IMG/VR virus record: IMGVR_UViG_2778261223_000006
Location: 1-6,761 of that record
From: a virus
Taxonomy: Duplodnaviria > Heunggongvirae > Uroviricota > Caudoviricetes
Reading direction: 5' to 3' (one strand)
Length of the DNA: 6,761 nucleotides
Shown: positions 1 through 5,520 of the stretch, in pieces
How the letters are laid out: every line of letters begins with the position of its first letter
Position numbering within the stretch: the first letter of the stretch is position 1
The notes under the pieces: generated by a model
The model's database searches: none
Told to the model about the DNA's origin: nothing
The model's input: only the letters and a program-made list of their open reading frames with translations
Program-made: the position numbers and the translations under genes

Positions 1-251
1 TGCTGCTTTAATGCTGCGGTAAACACACACTTCCAGCTTTCTGCATCCAGCCAGCGACCATGCCATTCAACCTGACGAGAGACGTCACCAAGGCAAGCCC
101 AAAGCTTTCGGTTTTGGTCTAAGCTGCGGTTGCGTTCCTGAATGGTTACTACGATTGGTTTGATTGGGTCTGGAAGGATTTGCTGGATAGCTTGAATGGC
201 GTTCTGCTGATGGATGGGGCTTCTTAGTTCAAACGTTAGTTTCCTCACCAT
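1..251 (-). CDS. ninB: NinB (Orf-family recombination mediator), N-terminal ~83 codons; gene continues past the left edge of the window
   Basis: Minus-strand translation from ATG at 251 gives MVRKLTFELRSPIHQQNAIQAIQQILPDPIKPIVVTIQERNRSLDQNRKLWACLGDVSRQVEWHGRWLDAESWKCVFTAALKQQ..., which matches my recollection of lambda NinB almost residue for residue. SD AGGAG lies 5 nt upstream of the ATG. Not in the ORF track because it is truncated by the window edge. Confidence 0.85.
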   Translation of the reverse strand, partial: MVRKLTFELRSPIHQQNAIQAIQQILPDPIKPIVVTIQERNRSLDQNRKLWACLGDVSRQVEWHGRWLDAESWKCVFTAALKQ

Positions 252-393
252 TTACGCTCCTGTAATCGTCAAGTGCAGCTGCAATAGTCCCTATCGGGTC
301 ATGGTCTTGCCCGATAATCTCATTTACGTTTTCATCTTCTTCCACACCGAAAAAGAATCGCAGGGCTAACATGATTTCTTCGTATGCGCTCAT
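229..393 (-). CDS. Hypothetical small acidic protein (54 aa)
   Basis: Translated by hand: MSAYEEIMLALRFFFGVEEDENVNEIIGQDHDPIGTIAAALDDYRSVNGEETNV. Strong SD AAGGAG 5 nt upstream of the ATG, which sits 2 nt after the stop of the upstream 104-aa ORF. Its 3' end overlaps the ninB start by about 23 nt in another frame. No recognisable family. Confidence 0.5.
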   Translation of the reverse strand: MSAYEEIMLALRFFFGVEEDENVNEIIGQDHDPIGTIAAALDDYRSVNGEETNV

Positions 394-395
394 AC

Positions 396-710
396 TCACT
401 CCTTCACTTTGACTCCAGCAGCGCGGATGTTTTCCTCATAAGCATCCATTGCATCACCGAAGCCATTGGAATAATCAACAGAAAACCCTTTGGCTAATGC
501 TTCTCTGCTGTCGATAAACTTTGGCGCGGTTATTTCAATAGCTGCTCGCGATGCATGCCATAAAGCCCACCACTCATTTAAGGAGTGACGAATATCCATG
601 CTTGAAAATGCAAAGTACCTATCACCATTTCTTGCCTCGGTTATCATCTCGAATGGTAATCTCAATTTTTTGGCAACGTATTCCTCAAACTGCTTTCTTG
701 ATTCGTCCAT
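396..710 (-). CDS. Hypothetical phage protein (104 aa), nin-region accessory gene
   Basis: ORF-track ORF with ATG start and SD GAGGGT about 9 nt upstream. Compact operon spacing with flanking genes. No family recognised from memory. Confidence 0.65.
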   Translation of the reverse strand: MDESRKQFEEYVAKKLRLPFEMITEARNGDRYFAFSSMDIRHSLNEWWALWHASRAAIEITAPKFIDSREALAKGFSVDYSNGFGDAMDAYEENIRAAGVKVKE

Positions 711-727
711 CGATACTTACCCTCAGT

Positions 728-934
728 TCAACTCACAAAACGCCACGCCATTTTTGCTACAGCGACAGGCATAACACCGATAATCACCCAGACAAATGCA
801 GCGCCAAACAACGTATACCATGGGTCTTTACCGTCATTCACAAGACGAATGTAGCTATGCAGAACAATAAAAAACGTCAGAAGAATCCATCCAACGCCAA
901 CGCATTTGAGTGCGACGAGCATAAACTCAGCCAC
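728..934 (-). CDS. Small hydrophobic membrane protein (68 aa, about 2 predicted TM helices)
   Basis: ORF-track ORF, GTG start preceded by strong SD GGGGGAGAG about 6 nt upstream; an in-frame ATG 4 codons downstream is an alternative start. Two long hydrophobic stretches (LVALKCVGVGWILLTFFIVL and LFGAAFVWVIIGVMPVAVA). Confidence 0.55.
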   Translation of the reverse strand: MAEFMLVALKCVGVGWILLTFFIVLHSYIRLVNDGKDPWYTLFGAAFVWVIIGVMPVAVAKMAWRFVS

Positions 935-949
935 GATTTACTCTCCCCC

Positions 950-981
950 AAATAAAAAGGCCTGCGATTACCAGCAGGCCT
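950..981 (-). terminator. Rho-independent terminator downstream of the helicase gene (tR2-like position)
   Basis: Perfect 8-bp GC-rich inverted repeat aggcctgc (958-965) / gcaggcct (974-981) with 8-nt loop. On the minus-strand transcript it is followed by UUUUUAUUU (complement of 949-957). Confidence 0.6.
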
Positions 982-1009
982 GTTACAAGCTCAGTGATGT
1001 AGATGGTCA

Positions 1010-2446
1010 TCAGAATCCTCCTTTCTTCTTGGATTGCGGTTCCTCGCGTTCACGGCGGCGCATTTCAGCGGACTGTTGGTCTGTGTCATAAATAGCGCCA
1101 TTTGCCTGAATGCAATACACCGTGCCGGTATTGCCATGACGATTGAGACGAAGGATTAGTTCGGTTTCACCAGGTGGAACACTGTCATCAAAAGCACCTT
1201 CACGATGGATCCCCACCCAATAATCGCAATCCTGTTCAATCTGCCCTGTATCTCGTGAGTCACTTGGTAATGGGCGTTTATTGGTTCTGCTTTCCAGTGC
1301 GCGGTTAAGCTGCGTCAGAAGCACAACAACGCAATCAAGCTCTTTGGCAAGGTTCTTCAGTCCTTTGGTGATCATGCCGTAAGCAAGGTCGTTGCGATCG
1401 GCCTTCTCAGCAGTCATTAGTGTCAGGTAATCGACCAGAATCATGCCAACACATCCTTTTTCTCGCTTGATTCGACGACTTTCGCTGACGATTTGAGCCA
1501 GAGATAATCCCGGCGTGTCGTCGATGTAAAGCAGGTCGATTTCACTCAAGCGATTGGCTGTTTCGATCGCCCTGTTGAAGTCACCATCGTAATCACCCTG
1601 ATAGCCGTCATCAGCGTCATTTGTCGCCGGAAGGTAAAAAATATTCGGGTTAACACCTGACTTCTGTCCTACCAGTTTTTCCAGTATCTGGTCACCGGGC
1701 ATTTCAAGGCTGAACATCAGAGCGGGCTTTTTCTCATGCACTGCGCAGTTGATTGCCATCTGGCTGTATAGCGTCGTTTTCCCCATCTTAGGGCGAGCGC
1801 CAATGACAAACAGAGAGCCTTTCACCAGACCTTTCGGTGACAGCATCCTGTCCAGCGATGGGATCCCTGTGCTCATTCCTCGTTGTTCGCCTGACGGGTC
1901 AAATCGCTTCTCAAGGTCGCTAACCCAGTCTTCCATGACCTCACCAAATGAGCGAAGGCCGCGACGCGATCCGGTTTTTGCATGGTCTGTCAGTTGCGTA
2001 AAAATCGCCTGAATAGCTTCGTACTTCTGCGTCGCAGTCATTCCGTTGCGGGAATAGAGCAATTCCGTCGCTTCAGTCATGCGGTTGATGGCGTAGCGTT
2101 CCATTGCGGTTTCACGAACCTGCATTGCATAGGCAACGATGTTTGCTGCGCTTGGCGTGTTCTTTGCGATCTCAGCGATATAAGCAAAACCGCCAACAGA
2201 CGCCGTTAACGATTTACGCTCCAGTTCATCGAAAAGCGTCAGGCCATCTACTGGCTTTTGCTCCCGGTGCATTCTGGTTATTTCTTCGAAAAGGATTTTG
2301 TGTGGTCGGCTGTAAAATGAATCAGGCTTCAGCATCGCCAGAACTTTCTGGACGCGCTCACTGCTGTCATCATCCAGAAGCAATCCACCAATCACCGCCT
2401 GCTCTGCCTCGATGCTATGGGGCGGCGCATAAAAATTATCGGTCAT
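1010..2446 (-). CDS. dnaB: Replicative DNA helicase, DnaB family
   Basis: Near-colinear with E. coli DnaB as I recall it: N-terminal PHSIEAEQAVIGGLLLD, FAYIAEIAKNTPSAANIVAYA, Walker A GARPKMGKTT, and LTQLNR...RPLPSDSRDTGQIEQDCD. The track ORF starts at a GTG at 2461; I prefer the ATG at 2446 (MTDNFYAPPHS...), which has SD GAGG about 10 nt upstream. Confidence 0.93.
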   Translation of the reverse strand: MTDNFYAPPHSIEAEQAVIGGLLLDDDSSERVQKVLAMLKPDSFYSRPHKILFEEITRMHREQKPVDGLTLFDELERKSLTASVGGFAYIAEIAKNTPSAANIVAYAMQVRETAMERYAINRMTEATELLYSRNGMTATQKYEAIQAIFTQLTDHAKTGSRRGLRSFGEVMEDWVSDLEKRFDPSGEQRGMSTGIPSLDRMLSPKGLVKGSLFVIGARPKMGKTTLYSQMAINCAVHEKKPALMFSLEMPGDQILEKLVGQKSGVNPNIFYLPATNDADDGYQGDYDGDFNRAIETANRLSEIDLLYIDDTPGLSLAQIVSESRRIKREKGCVGMILVDYLTLMTAEKADRNDLAYGMITKGLKNLAKELDCVVVLLTQLNRALESRTNKRPLPSDSRDTGQIEQDCDYWVGIHREGAFDDSVPPGETELILRLNRHGNTGTVYCIQANGAIYDTDQQSAEMRRREREEPQSKKKGGF

Positions 2447-3326
2447 CGTGTTCACCCTCACGAACTTTCAGGTAGGTATTATCGTTAAGCAGGAAATCAA
2501 ATCCCTTTTTGTGCCAGACGGTTCCGCGTTGATGGTTTGGGCGCTCTTCGAACATCCATCGGCAATTTTCGCCAACGTAGCTCAAATAATTTCTCCAGTC
2601 CTGCATCGTGAACCCATGCCCGTCAAGTTGGCGTGTTATTACTCCGGCTTTGCGCCAGAACGTTCGGATCTGGTTTTTACGCTTGTCATTCAGTGCGCGG
2701 ATTCTTGGCGCTTCAGGAAGGATTTCGTGGTAAGCATCGACAACATCCTGACAGCTGACGGAAGGTTTTTTCTTGTCAGACTTTTTGTCTGCTGTGGCAC
2801 TCTCTAATACGTCAGTATTAGAGATATTATTTATATTATTGTTTATGGACAACCGTTGGACAACCGTTGGACAATCTCCGCTGAGAGCCGCGCCATTACT
2901 GGTGTTTGCGTTGGACAACCGTTGGACAACCGTTGGACAATTTTTTGCCTGAAAATCGTCATATTTAACGATTGTAAACAGGCTAAATTTCTTCCCCATC
3001 GAGCAAATATTAAGCATCCCTTTCGACTCAAAAGTCCGTAATAAGCTCCGAACTTTGTTGTCGGGGATGAATGTTTCTCTGACCAGCGACGGGCGTCCAG
3101 TTATCATCTGACCGCGATCAACAGTTATCGGCCCGATATCCGTATTGACGACAGTAGATTCGTGATTAGCCTTGAGGATTAAGTGAAGCCAAAGATGTAC
3201 TGCCTGAGAGTCCTTATAGAGCCTGCTGTCCATAAACTGGCGGTGTATAGAGACATACCCCATACTGGATGCCTCCTGATGTTGTACAGGGTTATGCCTG
3301 TAATCAGCTAACTTAACGACGCCCAT
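2436..3326 (-). CDS. O: Phage replication initiation protein (lambda O-like origin-binding protein) with the origin embedded in its coding sequence
   Basis: Sits between cII and the helicase as in lambdoid replication modules. Contains internal iterons plus an AT-rich tract (2810-2940), encoding a repeated CPTVVQRLS linker peptide. SD AGGAG 6-7 nt upstream of the ATG at 3326. Sequence family not confirmed from memory. Confidence 0.75.
   Translation of the reverse strand: MGVVKLADYRHNPVQHQEASSMGYVSIHRQFMDSRLYKDSQAVHLWLHLILKANHESTVVNTDIGPITVDRGQMITGRPSLVRETFIPDNKVRSLLRTFESKGMLNICSMGKKFSLFTIVKYDDFQAKNCPTVVQRLSNANTSNGAALSGDCPTVVQRLSINNNINNISNTDVLESATADKKSDKKKPSVSCQDVVDAYHEILPEAPRIRALNDKRKNQIRTFWRKAGVITRQLDGHGFTMQDWRNYLSYVGENCRWMFEERPNHQRGTVWHKKGFDFLLNDNTYLKVREGEHDDR
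2810..2845. other. AT-rich DNA-unwinding region of the replication origin, adjacent to the iterons
   Basis: Sequence tacgtcagtattagagatattatttatattattgtttat is strongly AT-rich within an otherwise balanced coding region. It lies immediately downstream (in gene orientation) of the iterons, as in lambda ori. Confidence 0.6.
2846..2874. repeat. Origin iteron cluster 1: tandem 11-bp direct repeats ccgttggacaa (two full units and one partial)
   Basis: Direct read: tggacaa (2846-2852), ccgttggacaa (2853-2863), ccgttggacaa (2864-2874). Lies inside the O-like gene. Confidence 0.8.
2909..2940. repeat. Origin iteron cluster 2: three tandem copies of (c)cgttggacaa
   Basis: Direct read: cgttggacaa (2909-2918), ccgttggacaa (2919-2929), ccgttggacaa (2930-2940). 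Separated from cluster 1 by a 34-bp spacer. Confidence 0.8.
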
Positions 3327-3474
3327 GCTTCACTCCTGCTTTGGCTAGTCTGTAAACACCAACAAGGCGCTCTGCGAACGCCCTGTTATTTGCTGCGGCT
3401 ACCACTAATCCCTCAGGTGAATCAGGGTGTCGAATCTCTTCTTTTTCCTGGTATTTCTTACGACGTTTTGTCAT
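3313..3474 (-). CDS. Hypothetical small basic protein (53 aa) between cII and the O-like gene
   Basis: Translated by hand: MTKRRKKYQEKEEIRHPDSPEGLVVAAANNRAFAERLVGVYRLAKAGVKHGRR. Strong SD AGGAG 5 nt upstream of the ATG at 3474. Stop overlaps the start of the O-like gene by 14 nt. Absent from the ORF track (below its length cutoff). Confidence 0.5.
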   Translation of the reverse strand: MTKRRKKYQEKEEIRHPDSPEGLVVAAANNRAFAERLVGVYRLAKAGVKHGRR

Positions 3475-3508
3475 AATTACTCCTGTGGATTGATCCAGTC
3501 TTTCTACA

Positions 3509-3787
3509 TCAGGCCTCGAAGAATTCGCCGTTCTTCGGGGCTTTTTCTTTTGTCAGCATTCTGGCTACTTTCTTAGCCAGTTCCGCCAACTCCTCGTCTT
3601 CAACACCCCATTCAAGAACAGCAAGAAGCATTCCCATTTTGGGGATGAAGCTGTCTTTCCATCGCGAAATTTGCGATTCATTAATCCCTAACGCGTCGGC
3701 AACCTTTCGCTGACCACGTACAGCAATTCGATTCAGGATGTTGCTTGTAATTGCATTCGCTTTCTTGCGAGTACTTGTAAGTTGCAT
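3509..3787 (-). CDS. cII: Transcriptional activator CII
   Basis: The core SQISRWK...IPK...MLLAVLEWGVEDEE aligns with lambda CII (SQISRWKRDWIPKFSMLLAVLEWGVVDDD). The RBS/start context TTAAGGAAATACTTACATATG is lambda-like. Position directly downstream of cro and nutR. Confidence 0.9.
   Translation of the reverse strand: MQLTSTRKKANAITSNILNRIAVRGQRKVADALGINESQISRWKDSFIPKMGMLLAVLEWGVEDEELAELAKKVARMLTKEKAPKNGEFFEA
3741..3754 (+). promoter_or_regulatory. Candidate CII-binding box (TTGC-N6-TTGC) of a PRE-like promoter reading towards cro/cI, inside the 5' end of cII
   Basis: TTGC ttgtaa TTGC read on the plus strand at 3741-3754, antisense to cII codons about 11-15. Lambda PRE has the same TTGC-N6-TTGC architecture within the cII N-terminal coding region. 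No clear -10 identified. Confidence 0.35.
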
Positions 3788-3844
3788 ATGTAAGTATTTC
3801 CTTAACTAATAAGAAGTTATGCGCATCAACTTATGCGCGTTGTA

Positions 3845-3889
3845 TTCCCGCATTTCGGCGGGAATGAGGACCATGACTGTTAAAGAGCG
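3845..3889 (-). promoter_or_regulatory. nutR site: boxA (complement of 3878-3889, CGCTCTTTAACA) and boxB hairpin (complement of 3845-3863)
   Basis: Minus-strand boxA matches the boxA consensus. The boxB hairpin sequence ucccgccgaaaugcgggaa is identical to the nutL boxB at 5544-5562. Lies between cro and cII as in lambda. Confidence 0.7.
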
Positions 3890-3895
3890 GTGTTA

Positions 3896-4090
3896 CTATT
3901 TGTTTTTCTTGTTGCTTGGGAAAGGACGAACTTCCTCTCCAATCACACTGCCATCAGGCTTTACCGTAACCATAATGTTACGGCCTGCCAGAATGGCCTT
4001 GCTGATAGCGCACTGGATTACACCAAAGTCACTGGCTGCTTTAGCCTGTCCATGGATTTTGGCGTAATCGGCAAGTGTCATTCGAATCAT
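3896..4090 (-). CDS. cro: Cro repressor
   Basis: [64 protein letters not shown] aligns along its length with lambda Cro ([63 protein letters not shown]). The track begins at a GTG at 4096; I prefer the ATG at 4090, which has SD GGAG 7-8 nt upstream. Confidence 0.9.
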   Translation of the reverse strand: MIRMTLADYAKIHGQAKAASDFGVIQCAISKAILAGRNIMVTVKPDGSVIGEEVRPFPSNKKNK

Positions 4091-4119
4091 ATGCACTCTC
4101 CGTTATTAACCATGAACAA

Positions 4120-4148
4120 AGAATACTACAGGTATTCAAAGCAATCAA
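4120..4148 (-). promoter_or_regulatory. PR-like promoter for cro: -35 TTGATT (complement of 4143-4148), 17-bp spacer, -10 TATTCT (complement of 4120-4125)
   Basis: Read on the minus strand. The -10 hexamer is identical to the PL -10. Both hexamers overlap the operator palindromes. Confidence 0.6.
4121..4137. promoter_or_regulatory. Operator OR1-like site, GAATACtacagGTATTC
   Basis: 17-bp site with perfectly symmetric 6-bp arms GAATAC/GTATTC. Overlaps the PR -10. Confidence 0.6.
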
Positions 4149-4162
4149 TACTCAGGGTATTT
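4146..4162. promoter_or_regulatory. Operator OR2-like site, cAATACtcaggGTATTt
   Basis: Symmetric arms AATAC/GTATT. Overlaps the PR -35. Closely related to the OL site at 5432-5448. Confidence 0.55.
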
Positions 4163-4196
4163 TTAGTTTAAGTACCTTAGCTATTAGAATTAAGCT
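4162..4196 (+). promoter_or_regulatory. PRM-like promoter for a leaderless cI transcript: -10 TAGAAT at 4185-4190, poor -35 TTTAGT at 4162-4167
   Basis: TAGAAT ends 6 nt before the cI ATG (4197) and there is no SD upstream of cI, as for lambda PRM/cI. A possible degenerate third operator lies at about 4170-4187. Confidence 0.5.
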
Positions 4197-4913
4197 ATGG
4201 AAAATAAAAAATCACTGACGACAGAACAGCTCGAAGACGCTAAGCGGCTTAAGGCTTTGTATGAGTCAAAAAAGAAAGAATTGGGAATAACCCAATACTC
4301 AATCGCTGATGAACTGGGTATCACCCAAGGAGCGGTAGGGCATTATCTTAATGGCAGAAACGCGCTAAACGTTGAGGTCGCATCTGGTTTTGCACGTTTG
4401 TTGCAAGTCTCAATTGCTGATTTTAGCCAGTCAATTGCTGCCAAGGTTGCAGAACAGGCAGAAAGCCTTAAGAGCGATGCCAACGTAAGGTATGCAGGGG
4501 AATACAGAGCAGGAAAGAGGTATCCGGTGTTAAGCAGTATCCAGGCTGGCTCGTGGTGTGAAGCATGCGAACCATACACCATTAAAGACATAGATGTTTG
4601 GCTTGAGTCTGACGCGCATATTCAAGGTAATGCGTTCTGGCTTAAAGTGGAAGGTGATTCAATGACGGCACCGGTTGGGTTAAGCATTCCAGAGGGAACA
4701 TTCGTTCTTTTCGATACCGGAAGGGAGGCGATCAACGGCAGCTTGGTCATAGCAAAACTTTCTGACTCTAACGAAGCAACATTCAAGAAGCTGATAATCG
4801 ACGGCGGAAATAAATACCTCAAGGGACTTAACCCTGCATGGCCTCTCGTGCCAATCAATGGAAACTGCAAGATTATAGGCGTTGCAATTGAGACAAAACT
4901 AAGGCTGGTTTGA
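4197..4913 (+). CDS. cI: CI repressor (HTH DNA-binding domain plus S24 LexA-like autopeptidase domain)
   Basis: N-terminus LTTEQLEDAKRLKALYESKKKELG matches lambda CI ([24 protein letters not shown]), with a divergent recognition helix. Ala-Gly cleavage site (IQAGSW), catalytic Ser (VEGDSMTAP) and Lys (ATFKKLI) motifs are present. Confidence 0.95.
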   Translation: MENKKSLTTEQLEDAKRLKALYESKKKELGITQYSIADELGITQGAVGHYLNGRNALNVEVASGFARLLQVSIADFSQSIAAKVAEQAESLKSDANVRYAGEYRAGKRYPVLSSIQAGSWCEACEPYTIKDIDVWLESDAHIQGNAFWLKVEGDSMTAPVGLSIPEGTFVLFDTGREAINGSLVIAKLSDSNEATFKKLIIDGGNKYLKGLNPAWPLVPINGNCKIIGVAIETKLRLV

Positions 4914-4932
4914 TCACGCAAGGGGGACGCTT

Positions 4933-5301
4933 ATGGTTGGAACCGCTATAGCAAGCTTTTTTGGGATGTTGGCAATCTCAACAATTTACGGCTTAGCGCA
5001 TGCTTTTATTGCGAAATCTCTATCAGAAAAAATAAGCCAGGCTTGGGCGCATAGATCAGCTCGTTTCATGATTCTAGTGGTCATAGCAATACAAGGGATA
5101 TCTGCATTTATCCTCTATGGATCAAGCTTATACCTGTTGTATCAAGGCGCGACATTTACGCCTTACACCAGTGATTACGGAACTCTATACGATGGTAGTG
5201 AAGACATCTCTATGGCTTGGATCGTCTTTGGTTTATCTGTGGCCGTGTCTGTTGTAGCAGACATCATTAAGGTAATTCTCGTCTTAACCTTCGCTGACTA
5301 A
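4933..5301 (+). CDS. Integral membrane protein (122 aa, about 3 TM helices) co-transcribed with cI; candidate lysogen-expressed exclusion/defence protein in the rex position
   Basis: ATG lies 19 nt after the cI stop, with SD AAGGGGGA between. Three long hydrophobic segments (residues about 5-27, 45-70, 95-120). Occupies the slot between cI and OL/PL that holds rexA/rexB in lambda. No family recognised. Confidence 0.75.
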   Translation: MVGTAIASFFGMLAISTIYGLAHAFIAKSLSEKISQAWAHRSARFMILVVIAIQGISAFILYGSSLYLLYQGATFTPYTSDYGTLYDGSEDISMAWIVFGLSVAVSVVADIIKVILVLTFAD

Positions 5302-5431
5302 CCCATAATCCCGGCAGCAATAGCTATCGGGATCCACTTCACATATCCCGCATAAAAAGCACTGAACAAGCAGATACCGAAAAAATAAATATCCTTTGTA
5401 TTCATCTGTTTATCATTATTTCATCAAAAAT

Positions 5432-5473
5432 AAATACCCTGGGTATTTACACAATAAAATACCTACAGTATTC
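5432..5473. promoter_or_regulatory. OL operators: AAATACCCtGGGTATTT (5432-5448, perfect 8-bp arms) and AAATACCtacagTATTC (5457-5473)
   Basis: Palindromes read directly. Same ATAC...GTAT half-site family as the OR sites. They overlap the PL hexamers. Confidence 0.65.
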
Positions 5474-5474
5474 T
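5446..5474 (+). promoter_or_regulatory. PL-like promoter: -35 TTTACA (5446-5451), 17-bp spacer, -10 TATTCT (5469-5474)
   Basis: Hexamers with canonical spacing, overlapped by the OL palindromes. About 190 nt upstream of the N-like gene. Confidence 0.6.
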
Positions 5475-5520
5475 TTAGCCATCAGCAGGACGCTGGTAGC
5501 CAAACGGAACAGATTGGCAG

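Noticed and set aside
551-2807. Plus-strand track ORFs 551..955, 906..1091, 1749..2012, 1982..2209, 2104..2475 and 2448..2807
   Set aside because: All lie antisense within well-supported minus-strand genes (small ORFs, DnaB helicase, O-like gene) and lack ribosome-binding sites. They are shadow ORFs.
2846-2940. Short tandem repeats that could suggest a CRISPR array or a spurious pair of overlapping ORFs (track ORFs 2843..3031 minus and 2856..3041 plus)
   Set aside because: The repeats are 11 bp and contiguous, with no unique spacers, and lie in frame within the O-like gene next to an AT-rich tract. They are replication-origin iterons. The two track ORFs are reading-frame artefacts of the repeats.
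3815-3837. Direct repeat ttatgcgc ... ttatgcgc between nutR and cII, possibly a tR1 element or binding site
   Set aside because: Two 8-bp copies could arise by chance. tR1 in lambda is Rho-dependent and lacks a defining motif that I could verify by eye.
3819-4171. Track ORFs 3819..4067 (+) and 3890..4171 (+) overlapping cro and the operator region
   Set aside because: They are antisense to cro, which has clear lambda Cro similarity, and they run through nutR and the OR operators. No SD found.
4343-4921. Minus-strand track ORFs 4343..4591 and 4622..4921 inside cI
   Set aside because: They are antisense to the cI gene, whose identity is secure from its motifs. Shadow ORFs.
5308-5333. Inverted repeat atcccg...cgggat after the membrane gene as the cI-operon terminator
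   Set aside because: The stem is only 6 bp, the loop is about 14 nt and there is no U-tract. Too weak to call; a terminator before OL is expected but not clearly visible.
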